Below are positions 28,294 through 37,042 of a DNA stretch of 64,000 nt, in pieces. The DNA comes from Candidatus Latescibacterota bacterium (GTDB taxonomy: Bacteria; Latescibacterota; UBA2968; UBA8231). The position numbers and the translations under genes were made by a program. Position 1 is the first letter of the stretch; each line of letters starts with the position of its first letter. The DNA is taken from assembly GCA_965248265.1 (NCBI GenBank), contig CBDFJF010000002.1:1952001-2016000 (forward strand), given 5' to 3'. The notes below the pieces were generated by a model. It searched no databases, was not told the DNA's origin, and saw nothing but the letters and a program-made list of their open reading frames with translations.

Positions 28294-28396
28294 CGCCCAC
28301 GGCTGTCGCGCCAGGCCATGCGCAGGGACCATGGTATCAGGGCCGGCATCAGGACCCCCGGCATCAGGACCGATGGCATCAGGACTGTGTGTCCTC
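28294..28396. repeat. Direct repeat, right copy (true ATPase end plus abortive permease start)
   Basis: 103 bp; one extra 15-bp GGCATCAGG-N6 unit relative to the left copy; encodes MPSVLMPGVLMPALIPWSLRMAWRDSRGR then diverges. Confidence 0.9.
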
Positions 28397-29059
28397 GACG
28401 ATGCTGCCGCCCTTGAGGCGGATGAGACGGCCGGCGCGGCGGGCGAGCTCGACATTGTGGGTGACCAGTACCAGCGTCGTGCCGGCTTCTTGGTTGAGCG
28501 CGAAGAGCAGATCCTCGACGACGGCGCCGGTCTGGGTGTCCAGATTCCCCGTCGGTTCGTCCGCGAACAGGATGCGCGGGCGATTGATAAAAGCGCGGGC
28601 CAAACCGACGCGCTGCTGCTCGCCGCCCGAGAGCTGCACGGGGTAGTGAGACAGGCGATCGCCCAGGCCGACGCGGTGCAGGAGCTCGCGGGCGCTCTCG
28701 TCAACGCCCCGCTCACCCCGCAGCTCCAGCGGCACGGCGACGTTCTCGAGGGCACTCAGGGTTGGCACGAGCTGGAATGTCTGGAAGACGAATCCGACTC
28801 GTTCGTGGCGCAGGCGGGCGCGCTCGTCCTCGCCGAGATCGTTGAGGGTGACGCCATCCAGGACGACTGATCCGGAGGTGGCATGATCCAGGCCGGCACA
28901 CAGGCCCAGCAGCGTGGTCTTGCCGCTCCCGGATGGCCCGACGACGGCACAGGTGGAGCCGTCCTCGACCGCGAAGCTGACGTCGCGCAACACGGTGAGG
29001 TCGCCATCGCCACTGCGGTAGGTCTTCGTAAGATCACTCACTTCGAGCATGCCGCTCAC
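28379..29059 (-). CDS. ybbA: ABC transporter ATP-binding protein, YbbA/LolD-like
   Basis: GPSGSGKT Walker A, LSGGEQQR signature, ILFADEPTGNLD, VTH. Confidence 0.93.
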   Translation of the reverse strand: MSGMLEVSDLTKTYRSGDGDLTVLRDVSFAVEDGSTCAVVGPSGSGKTTLLGLCAGLDHATSGSVVLDGVTLNDLGEDERARLRHERVGFVFQTFQLVPTLSALENVAVPLELRGERGVDESARELLHRVGLGDRLSHYPVQLSGGEQQRVGLARAFINRPRILFADEPTGNLDTQTGAVVEDLLFALNQEAGTTLVLVTHNVELARRAGRLIRLKGGSIVEDTQS

Positions 29060-29961
29060 CGCCTGCCCCGCCGGCGCAGGATGTTCAACAGTCGCACAGG
29101 ATGGTCAGTCACAATGCCGTCCACTCCCAGATCGATCAGTCGTTCCATATCCTCCTCTTCGTTGACCGTCCACACCTGGACCGGGAGATTGCGCTGCCTG
29201 GCCACGGTGATGAAGCGTTCGTCTACCAATGTCAGCGGTCCGACACGCTCCGGTACCTGAAAGAGCTCGAAGTCCGAGGCGTAGAGGCCGTCGAGTCGCA
29301 GCAGATGACACAGCTCGTAGACGATCATATCGCCAGCCGCCGGCGAGGTGAGAACATCCGGACAGGCGGCGCGGAAGGCTCTCTGAATATCAGTGTGGAA
29401 GCTGGCGACCGTGACATTGTCGTGCATGCCGGCGTTGCGCACGGCCCCGCACAAGGCTATTGCCACGCCGGGATCGTTCGGCTTGATCTCAATGAGCATT
29501 CGTTGATCGGGGAAGGCCTCGAACACTTCGGCGAGAGTGGCCAGGCGATACCCCCGCCCCCGGAAGGGGTAGCTTCCGTCCTCGACCCGCCATCGGTAAC
29601 CGGCATCGAGCGCCTGCAGTTGGGCCAGCGTCAGCGAGTCCACGCGTCCAGAGCCGTCCGTCGTGCGATCGATGGTGCGACTGTGATGCATCACCAGCTC
29701 GCCGTCGGCGCTCAGACGAACATCCATCTCGAGCACATCAACGCCCACATCCACCGCTCGGCGGAACGTCTTCAAGGTATGCTCGGGGCCCAGCGCGCGC
29801 CCACCGCGGTGGGCGATGACGAGGAAGTCAGGGCCGGCGAAGTAGGGATGGGGAGGCAGAGGTTCGGACGGCCGTATGGCGGCGAGGAGTCCGGCCAGAA
29901 TATAGAGAGCCGGCAACAGGGCCAGGCAGTACCGGAGTATCTTGCGGCGTCCAGGTGTCAA
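29056..29961 (-). CDS. Glycerophosphodiester phosphodiesterase
   Basis: IAHRGG, PEHT, LEMDV, IEIK, WTVN, GIVTD motifs; N-terminal TM helix. Confidence 0.93.
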   Translation of the reverse strand: MTPGRRKILRYCLALLPALYILAGLLAAIRPSEPLPPHPYFAGPDFLVIAHRGGRALGPEHTLKTFRRAVDVGVDVLEMDVRLSADGELVMHHSRTIDRTTDGSGRVDSLTLAQLQALDAGYRWRVEDGSYPFRGRGYRLATLAEVFEAFPDQRMLIEIKPNDPGVAIALCGAVRNAGMHDNVTVASFHTDIQRAFRAACPDVLTSPAAGDMIVYELCHLLRLDGLYASDFELFQVPERVGPLTLVDERFITVARQRNLPVQVWTVNEEEDMERLIDLGVDGIVTDHPVRLLNILRRRGRR

Positions 29962-30024
29962 TCAATCGCCTTCTGTCGGAATTGAGTTGGGTAGAGACCG
30001 ATGTTGGATTGATCTCCACCGCAC

Positions 30025-30053
30025 TTGACAGTATGTCATAATTGACATATACT
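30025..30053 (+). promoter_or_regulatory. Sigma70 promoter with a palindromic operator for the toxin-antitoxin pair
   Basis: TTGACA-N17-TATACT with TATGTCA-TAAT-TGACATA in the spacer; ATG lies 6 nt after the -10. Confidence 0.85.
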
Positions 30054-30059
30054 GCGGTT

Positions 30060-30392
30060 ATGTCACCAGATGACAAGCCACTCGTCTGGCTTCACGGTGA
30101 GGTGACGACGCCACCCCTTACGCGTGAGGCCCGCATGGAAGCGGGGTTCCTCTTGCGCAGACTGCAGCAAGGTGACCGTGTGGGCATGCCGCATTCGCGG
30201 CCAATGCCATCGATCGGGCGACGTTGTCATGAACTGCGGATCCTCGATGAGAACCAGACCTGGCGCATTGTGTATCGGATCGACAGCGATGCCATCGTCA
30301 TCCTCGACGTGTTCTCCAACAAAACGGCGCAGACCCCCCGCAGAGTGATTGACGCCTGCAAGCGGCGCCTCAATGCGTTCGAAGCCATATGA
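30060..30392 (+). CDS. RelE/ParE-superfamily toxin (HigB/Gp49-like)
   Basis: PHSRPMPSIG, CHELRI, WRIVYR, KT..TP motifs; toxin-first gene order. Confidence 0.9.
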   Translation: MSPDDKPLVWLHGEVTTPPLTREARMEAGFLLRRLQQGDRVGMPHSRPMPSIGRRCHELRILDENQTWRIVYRIDSDAIVILDVFSNKTAQTPRRVIDACKRRLNAFEAI

Positions 30393-30408
30393 ATGAACGG
30401 TGTCTGCC

Positions 30409-30717
30409 ATGAAAACTACAAAGCGCAAGAAGCTGACGGCTGCCGGTTGGAAAGTAGGCTCAACTGCTGACTTCCTTGACCTCACTCCGGAGGAGTCCGC
30501 ATACATCGAGATGCGTCTCAAGCTGGCTGACGGCCTCAAGCGTCGGCGCCAGCAGAGCCGGCTAACTCAGGTAGAAGCAGCCAAGCTTCTGCAATCCAGT
30601 CAGTCTCGTGTTGCCAAAATGGAGGCAGGTGATCCCTCCGTCTCCCTGGACCTGCTGGTGAAATCCCATCTCGCCTTGGGCAGCTCGCCCAGCGATGTCG
30701 CCAAGATCATAGGATAG
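30409..30717 (+). CDS. HTH-XRE antitoxin (HigA-like)
   Basis: LTQVEAAKLLQSSQSRVAKMEAGD HTH; directly downstream of the toxin. Confidence 0.9.
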   Translation: MKTTKRKKLTAAGWKVGSTADFLDLTPEESAYIEMRLKLADGLKRRRQQSRLTQVEAAKLLQSSQSRVAKMEAGDPSVSLDLLVKSHLALGSSPSDVAKIIG

Positions 30718-30958
30718 GATCAAAGAAGGCGAACGCTGCGTGACGACAGGTCGTCCTGCAGTAGGAATGCCGTCTTGGCCGTGATCTCCCCGCAATAAAC
30801 TTCCCTCACTTCTTATTTGTCAATCCAACACAGTGCAGCAGCGGCCTGCGTACCTTGGACTTTGTGAGGGCACACTGTCACGTCACGGCCGAGATGAACC
30901 TGCTGTAGGTGGCCCTCCGCTTCGAGATCGCATCTTGCCACGAATACATGCTGTCACA

Positions 30959-30995
30959 TATATGTCTTGACATATAATGCGATCGCATGTAAAAT
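30959..30995 (+). promoter_or_regulatory. Promoter and palindromic operator of the marR operon
   Basis: TTGACA-N17-TAAAAT, with palindrome TATATGTC-TT-GACATATA overlapping the -35. Confidence 0.8.
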
Positions 30996-31040
30996 AGTGA
31001 GGCGGCTCGAGTGAACCTCGCAGGAGCGCGGAGTCCAGGC

Positions 31041-31484
31041 ATGGTCCCACGGCAGAGTGCGTACACCCTTAAGGACAGCTTGGGATATCGACTCACCGAG
31101 CTGTCTGGCGAAATGAAGGCGGAGATGCGTCGGCGCGTTTCCGAGATCGGGATCACCACTCAGCAGTGCGCGGCTCTCATCGTGCTGATCCGCGGGCGAG
31201 ATCTCAACATCACCCATCTTGCGGACGGCATTGGTGTGGATTTCGGAGGCACGAGCCGACTGGTGGATCGTCTCGAGGCGAAGGGCCTCGTCTCCGCGCG
31301 CTCGGACGGAACTGACCGGCGGGCCCGTCGGATCGAGCTCAGCCAGAAGGGACGCGACGTTGCGGAAAAAGCTGTGGCGGCTTCCAGGGAAACGAACGAG
31401 CTCTTCTTGAAAAGGGTTACCCAGAAAGAGGCGAAGCAGTTCCGGGAGATCCTCGAAAAGCTTCTGGGAGCACCGGGCGATTAG
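31041..31484 (+). CDS. MarR-family transcriptional regulator
   Basis: SRLVDRLEAKGLV...DRR...LSQKG winged-helix signature. Confidence 0.92.
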   Translation: MVPRQSAYTLKDSLGYRLTELSGEMKAEMRRRVSEIGITTQQCAALIVLIRGRDLNITHLADGIGVDFGGTSRLVDRLEAKGLVSARSDGTDRRARRIELSQKGRDVAEKAVAASRETNELFLKRVTQKEAKQFREILEKLLGAPGD

Positions 31485-31494
31485 GGGGCCAGTC

Positions 31495-32982
31495 ATGAAC
31501 ACGATGAATTACACTGCATCGAGATGGATCCTGATAACACTTTTCGTCGTGACCCCGTCTGTCGTTTACGCCCAGACCAACTCGGCGCTGGATCTGAACA
31601 ACCTTGCCAATTACGCCAATCAACCGGTGCCGTCCTATATCACCAGGGACAATACCCCGGCCAACAATCCGCTCACGGATGCCGGCGCCACCCTGGGCCG
31701 GGTGTTGTTTTATGACAAAAAGCTGTCGACAGACAATACGATCTCTTGCGCCAGCTGCCACCTGCAAGAGCACGCCTTCGGTGATACGGCTCAGGCAAGC
31801 GTCGGCGTGAACGGGACCACCGGTCGCCACTCGATGCGCCTCATCAATACGCGTTTTGCGGTGAAGGACCGTTTCTTTTGGGATGAGCGCGCCGCTTCAC
31901 TGGAGGAGCAAGCCACCATGCCGATTCAGGATCACGTCGAAATGGGCTTTAGTGGCGACAATGGCGATCCTGCATTTGACTCGCTTCTGAGCAAAATGGC
32001 AGATCTGGAATACTATCCGATACTCTTCGATTTCGTCTACGGCGACTCGGATATTACCGAGGAGCGCATGCAGCTGGCGCTGGCACAGTTCATGCGCAGC
32101 ATTCAATCCTTCGACTCCCGTTTTGACGACGGGCTTGCGCAGACGGGCGATCTCCAGGCGCCCTTTCCAAACTTTTCAGCGGTAGAGAATAATGGCAAAC
32201 AGTTGTTTCTGGGCACACCGGTTTTTGATAACAACGGCAATCGCACATCCGGCGGCTTGGGCTGTGCAGGCTGTCATGAACCCCCGGAATTCGACATCAA
32301 ACTCGACTCCGGAAACAATGGCTTTACCCAAAGCTTGGGTGGCGAAGGAGACTTCGACGTCACCCGCGTTCCCACCCTGCGGGATCTCGTAGATGCCAAT
32401 GGCAATTTGCATGCCGGCCTGATGCACACCGGTTCCATTAACAGCCTTCGGGCCGCGGTCGACCACTATGAGCGCATTGCAATTGTCAGGGGTAACGATA
32501 GCATCGATCAGGACCTGGTGATCAACGGCAACGGTTGGCATCTGAGAATGGGGCAGCAACAACGCAGCAATGTCGCCGCATTCATGGAAACATTGACCGG
32601 CTCGAATGTGTATACCGACAGCAAATGGTCGGATCCGTTTGACTCAAATGGTGATCTGATGGTGAGACGGGTGGACATTGCGACCAGTGTTGAGTCCGTA
32701 AGTAGGGTAGATGCTTTGACCTTTGAGCTGGAACAGAACTATCCGAATCCGTTCAATCCCGCCACGATCATTGCATACCGGGTTGCTCAGGCCAGCAGAG
32801 TGAGCCTGAAGATCTACAACGTTCTCGGTCAAGAGATAGCGACCCCGATTCACGATTTTCACGAGGCAGGAAATTACCGGTTCAGGTTTGATGCGGCCGC
32901 GCTACCTTCCGGCCTCTATTTCTATCGCCTGATTGCCGATGGTCAGCTGGTTCAGACCCGTAAAATGCTGGTGCAAAAATAG
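31495..32982 (+). CDS. Di-heme cytochrome c peroxidase/MauG-family protein with a T9SS type A C-terminal domain
   Basis: Signal peptide, LGRVLFYD, CASCH, FFWDER, CAGCH, VPTLR, MHTG; C-terminal QNYPNPFNP...YNVLGQ...SGLYFYRL...RKM. Confidence 0.92.
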   Translation: MNTMNYTASRWILITLFVVTPSVVYAQTNSALDLNNLANYANQPVPSYITRDNTPANNPLTDAGATLGRVLFYDKKLSTDNTISCASCHLQEHAFGDTAQASVGVNGTTGRHSMRLINTRFAVKDRFFWDERAASLEEQATMPIQDHVEMGFSGDNGDPAFDSLLSKMADLEYYPILFDFVYGDSDITEERMQLALAQFMRSIQSFDSRFDDGLAQTGDLQAPFPNFSAVENNGKQLFLGTPVFDNNGNRTSGGLGCAGCHEPPEFDIKLDSGNNGFTQSLGGEGDFDVTRVPTLRDLVDANGNLHAGLMHTGSINSLRAAVDHYERIAIVRGNDSIDQDLVINGNGWHLRMGQQQRSNVAAFMETLTGSNVYTDSKWSDPFDSNGDLMVRRVDIATSVESVSRVDALTFELEQNYPNPFNPATIIAYRVAQASRVSLKIYNVLGQEIATPIHDFHEAGNYRFRFDAAALPSGLYFYRLIADGQLVQTRKMLVQK

Positions 32983-33024
32983 ACGTTCATACACCAGTCA
33001 CCCAAAATGAGGGGAGAGGACAAA

Positions 33025-33681
33025 ATGATTCGTTTTTCCAGCAGGTTATTCGTTGCCTTGATAGCGTGCGGAGCCACAAACGGGTGGCCACAGACTACCA
33101 CACCTGATCCCCTGGACGTAATCCCCGCTGGCGAAATCGCCGGTGCCCTGAACGCGGCTTCTGTCAGGCAAGGACCGCCGCCCTTCACACCCGATGGCAT
33201 TCCCCATCAGCAACACGATCAGAACGCCCCGTTGGACATGCAGAATGCGTTGATAGCGTCGATTGAGGTCCTGCCCGGCGTGTATGTCACAGAAACGCAG
33301 TTTTCTCTTCGGGGCTCTCTGGGATGGAGACTGGAACCGGATTTCGGTACGGGACCGGATGACGCCTTCATCACCACTGAAACCCTGGAGTTTGGCCACC
33401 TGCATGAACCCTTGGACGGCAGTATGCATATGCTGCTTCCGTTGGCATTTTCCGCACTGGCGCTCGAGAAGGGCTGGGGGATCATTCATCCGTTGAGCGA
33501 CAACATCTCCGGCGAAAACTCAGAGTATGTCATGATTTATGGTCCCAGAGATGAAAACGAGCTGCGAACGATCTGGATAATCGCCCAGATCTCGTACTAC
33601 CACGCGCGCGGGTTGAGCATGGAGGTCACCTCGACGGCAATCACGCCCACAACGTTGGGCGGGATCAAGCAGGGCATGTGA
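33025..33681 (+). CDS. Exported luciferase-like (DUF5519-type) protein
   Basis: EFGHLH..DGSMH, GW...HP, IYGPRD..E motifs; signal peptide; TAITPTTLGGIK tail. Confidence 0.75.
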   Translation: MIRFSSRLFVALIACGATNGWPQTTTPDPLDVIPAGEIAGALNAASVRQGPPPFTPDGIPHQQHDQNAPLDMQNALIASIEVLPGVYVTETQFSLRGSLGWRLEPDFGTGPDDAFITTETLEFGHLHEPLDGSMHMLLPLAFSALALEKGWGIIHPLSDNISGENSEYVMIYGPRDENELRTIWIIAQISYYHARGLSMEVTSTAITPTTLGGIKQGM

Positions 33682-33703
33682 GTTGTGATCTGCATGCAGA
33701 AAT

Positions 33704-33898
33704 GCGTTACAGCATACTCATCAGGCTTGAATCTCAAGCCGCTGCTGCGGCCTGGAGCCTGTAAGGGGAGGATTGTAGCCAATTTGCTTGGGTGCACCAA
33801 TCCGCATAGCCGGCACGGACGGCTCAAGAAACCGCAGCCCCTCCCAGCGGCTTGGCCGCCGAGGTCGTGATCTGTTCGTGGTACTCCTCCTCGCCCAG
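33704..33898. repeat. Direct repeat partner of 24071-24261
   Basis: Contains the real 3' end of the oxidoreductase gene plus the shared promoter/leader. Confidence 0.88.
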
Positions 33899-34930
33899 GA
33901 CCTCTTTCTTGTTTCTTAACCGGGCCGGCTTGGGGACGATCTTCAGGCTGCGGTCGGCGATGGGGAACTTCACCGGGGTGTGGTCGTTGCGGTGTGATTC
34001 GCGCAGGCCGATGGCGATTTCGAGGACCTTGCGCATGTTGGCGCCGCTGCAGCGGGGCTCGATGTCCTGATCCAGCGACTCGACGAGGGACTGGATGCCG
34101 GCGCGCTGGCGGGTGCCGCTGGGGTTGATCCAATCCGCCCGGTCGCCGAAATCGTCGAAGAAGCTCTCATCCTCGACCAGCTTGCCTTGAGCCTTGCCGC
34201 GCCACAGGTGACCGCTGGAGAAGTCGGTATAGTAGACGCCTTCGGTGCAGAGGAGTTCGACGCCCCTGAGGAGGACGGGGTGTCGGTGAATGAAACCGTC
34301 GATGCCGTTGGTGAAGCGGACCAGACCGCCCATGTTCTGGTCGTTGTCGCTGGCCGGATCGTCGCACCAGCCGGTGACCCAGTCGACGTCGGCGTCGCCG
34401 GCGAACAGGCGCAGGACGCTCAGTCCCTGGCAGCCGCCGCCGGAAATCTCATTGGTGGGCATGTAGAGGTTGATGCTGCGGACCTCGCCGATCTCTCCCG
34501 AGCCGATGAGGCGTCTGACCTTCCAGTGCTGGGGCATGTTGCGGAAAGCGTCGCCGGCGGCCAGATGAATACCACGGGAGGCGCACTCCTCGACCATCTG
34601 GTCTGCTTCTTCGAGACTGACAGCCATCGGTTTCTCACAATAGATGGCTTTGATCCCCGGTGCTCGGGCGCAGTCGATGACGACCTGGGAGTTGGGACCC
34701 ACTGGCAGGATGGGCGCGACGATGTCGAGCTCTTCGGCGGCCAGCATCTCGTGGTAGTCGGCATATCCCTTTACCGGGAAGCGTTCCAGGAAGATGTCGA
34801 GATTGCCGGGGTCGGGATCGGCGGCGGCCACGACCTCGGTGCGGGGATTGCCCTGGTAGCCGCGCGCGTGCCCGTGGCCCTTGCGGCCGACGCCGATCAT
34901 GCCGGCGCGGTAGATTGGTTGTGTCGTCAT
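33824..34930 (-). CDS. Gfo/Idh/MocA family oxidoreductase
   Basis: GMIGVGRKG, CEKPMA; start placed at MTTQPIY; paralogous to 44352-45500. Confidence 0.9.
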   Translation of the reverse strand: MTTQPIYRAGMIGVGRKGHGHARGYQGNPRTEVVAAADPDPGNLDIFLERFPVKGYADYHEMLAAEELDIVAPILPVGPNSQVVIDCARAPGIKAIYCEKPMAVSLEEADQMVEECASRGIHLAAGDAFRNMPQHWKVRRLIGSGEIGEVRSINLYMPTNEISGGGCQGLSVLRLFAGDADVDWVTGWCDDPASDNDQNMGGLVRFTNGIDGFIHRHPVLLRGVELLCTEGVYYTDFSSGHLWRGKAQGKLVEDESFFDDFGDRADWINPSGTRQRAGIQSLVESLDQDIEPRCSGANMRKVLEIAIGLRESHRNDHTPVKFPIADRSLKIVPKPARLRNKKEVLGEEEYHEQITTSAAKPLGGAAVS

Positions 34931-35138
34931 GATGAGATACGATAGCTCGATGCGCTGCTCGTCGCCAGCAGCGCCATCCGAGTGATCAGCGTGCATCCCG
35001 CAGCAAAGTCGACCTCGCCTCAGTTGCCCCAACGGAGGTAGCTCGATACACTTCGAGCTGCTCCATCTCAGCGTGGTCGAGTTGCGTGTTCCAGCATTCG
35101 ACAACCGGACAACCTTTCGATCGCAGGCGGCGCGAATC

Positions 35139-35891
35139 ATGCCAGACAACCCAGCAACCGGTTTCGCCATCGCCTTCGGACGCTCCTTGCTGGGCGCCGG
35201 CCGCGACCTGCTTCCCATCGTCCTGGTCATCGCCGTGTTCCAGGTAGTCGTCGTAGACCAGTCCCTACCCGGAACAGCGTCCATCCTGGTGGGCTTGGTG
35301 CTGGTGGTGGTGGGCCTATCCCTCTTTGTGATGGGGCTGGACATCGGTCTGTTCCCGCTCGGTGAGGCATTAGCTGAAGAGTTCGCCCGCAAGGGGAGCC
35401 TGGCATGGCTGCTGGTGTTCGCCTTTGCGCTGGGGGCCGGCACTACGGTGGCCGAGCCGGCGCTGATCGCCGTGGCCCGGGAAGGGGCCGTGGCGGCGGC
35501 TGAGGCCGGAGTCATCGACGACACGCCCGACGCCATCGCCCGTTACGCTCTGGGTGTCCGGCTGAGCGTGGCCCTTTCCGTGGGTGTGGCCATCGTGCTC
35601 GGCGTGTTGCGCATCCTGCGCGGCTGGTCCCTGCCCGTGATGATCGTCTCCGGCTACGTACTGGTCATGCTCATGACGCTGGCCGCGCCGGCCGAGATTG
35701 TCGGGTTGGCCTACGACTCTGGCGGGGTCACTACATCCACGGTCACCGTGCCGCTGGTCACCGCGCTCGGGGTGGGACTGGCGCGCACGATTCACGGCCG
35801 TGATCCGGTCATGGACGGCTTCGGGCTGATCGCTCTGGCGTCGCTCACGCCGATGATCTCGGTCATGCTCTTCGGTTTGGTGATGAGCTAG
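35139..35891 (+). CDS. DUF1538 membrane protein
   Basis: [33 protein letters not shown] motifs. Confidence 0.9.
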   Translation: MPDNPATGFAIAFGRSLLGAGRDLLPIVLVIAVFQVVVVDQSLPGTASILVGLVLVVVGLSLFVMGLDIGLFPLGEALAEEFARKGSLAWLLVFAFALGAGTTVAEPALIAVAREGAVAAAEAGVIDDTPDAIARYALGVRLSVALSVGVAIVLGVLRILRGWSLPVMIVSGYVLVMLMTLAAPAEIVGLAYDSGGVTTSTVTVPLVTALGVGLARTIHGRDPVMDGFGLIALASLTPMISVMLFGLVMS

Positions 35892-35896
35892 GCGTT

Positions 35897-36658
35897 ATGG
35901 AAGTCCTCTTCAATCCCGTCGAGTTATTGCTGGACACTGTCCGCGACGTGTTGCCCGTGCTGCTCCTGCTGGTGGTGTTCCAGACCGTGGTGCTGCGTCA
36001 GCCCTTGCGCAGGCCGGGGCGCATCCTGTTGGGATTCGGCCTGGCCCTGGTGGGCATGGCCTGCTTCCTGGGCGGGCTGGATCTGGCGTTGTTCCCGACC
36101 GGACGCAACATGGCCAGGCTGCTGGCCGAGGGGGCGCAGGCGGACGGCGTCACACGCTGGACCGCATATGGCTGGGTCTATTTATTCGCCTTCCTGATAG
36201 GGTTCTCCACCACGATCGCCGAGCCGTCCCTGATCGCAGTAGCGCACAAAGCCGAGGAGTCATCACGGCGTTCAATTTCAGCCACCGGTCTGCGGGTGGC
36301 GGTGGCCCTGGGGGTTGCCGTGGGCATCACCCTGGGCACGTTCCGCATCGTCACCGGGACGCCGCTCTACCTCTACATCCTGGTGGGATACGTGGTGGTT
36401 GCGGTGCAGACGATATTCGCACCGAGGATGATGATCCCGCTGGCCTACGATTCGGGCGGCGTGACCACGTCTACGGTGACTGTTCCTCTGGTCGCAGCCC
36501 TGGGATTGGGACTGGCGGCCAACGTGCCGGGTCGCAGTACCGTGGTGGACGGCTTTGGTCTGATCGCCTTCGCCAGCCTGTTCCCGATCATCAGCGTGCT
36601 GGGCTACGCCCAACTGGCCCAGTGGCGTTCACGTTCTCGCACACAGACATCGAGTTAG
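35897..36658 (+). CDS. DUF1538 membrane protein (second subunit)
   Basis: [33 protein letters not shown] motifs. Confidence 0.9.
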   Translation: MEVLFNPVELLLDTVRDVLPVLLLLVVFQTVVLRQPLRRPGRILLGFGLALVGMACFLGGLDLALFPTGRNMARLLAEGAQADGVTRWTAYGWVYLFAFLIGFSTTIAEPSLIAVAHKAEESSRRSISATGLRVAVALGVAVGITLGTFRIVTGTPLYLYILVGYVVVAVQTIFAPRMMIPLAYDSGGVTTSTVTVPLVAALGLGLAANVPGRSTVVDGFGLIAFASLFPIISVLGYAQLAQWRSRSRTQTSS

Positions 36659-36669
36659 GGGGAAATAAC

Positions 36670-36996
36670 ATGGCCGACAAGTGCATCGTAGCCATGGTCA
36701 AGCCGGACCTCACGGACAAGGTAGTGGATGCGGCCAAAGCAATCGGCGCCACTGGAGCAACCATCATCGACGCGGCGGGGACGGGCGCGCGCGAGGCCAA
36801 GACGTTCTTCGGCTTGAGCCTCGACGTGCGCACCGAGGTCGTGCTGCTGCTCGTCAAAGAGGATGCCGTCGTCCCGGTATTGGACGCCATCCGCGATGCC
36901 GGGCACTTCCACGAGCCTGGCACCGGGATCGCGTTCGTGATGGCAGTGGAAGCCGCCATCGGCTTCGAGAGCCAGCGTGAGCCGCCCCCGACCTGA
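36670..36996 (+). CDS. PII-like signal transduction protein
   Basis: GATGATII.A.GTG and C-terminal PGTGIAFV motifs; 108 aa. Confidence 0.88.
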   Translation: MADKCIVAMVKPDLTDKVVDAAKAIGATGATIIDAAGTGAREAKTFFGLSLDVRTEVVLLLVKEDAVVPVLDAIRDAGHFHEPGTGIAFVMAVEAAIGFESQREPPPT

Positions 36997-37042
36997 GAGT
37001 GGCCAAGGGGCCGTGCAAAGGAGAGCCGAGGAGGAGCGTAGA

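Noticed and set aside
33700-33745. Hammerhead ribozyme (minus-strand CTGATGAG after a hairpin)
   Set aside because: No GAAA core follows stem II, and the second copy at 24071 lacks CTGATGA.
34931-35536. 200-aa N-terminal extension of the 570-aa ORF
   Set aside because: It is antisense to the DUF1538 gene; family similarity starts at MTTQPIY (34930).
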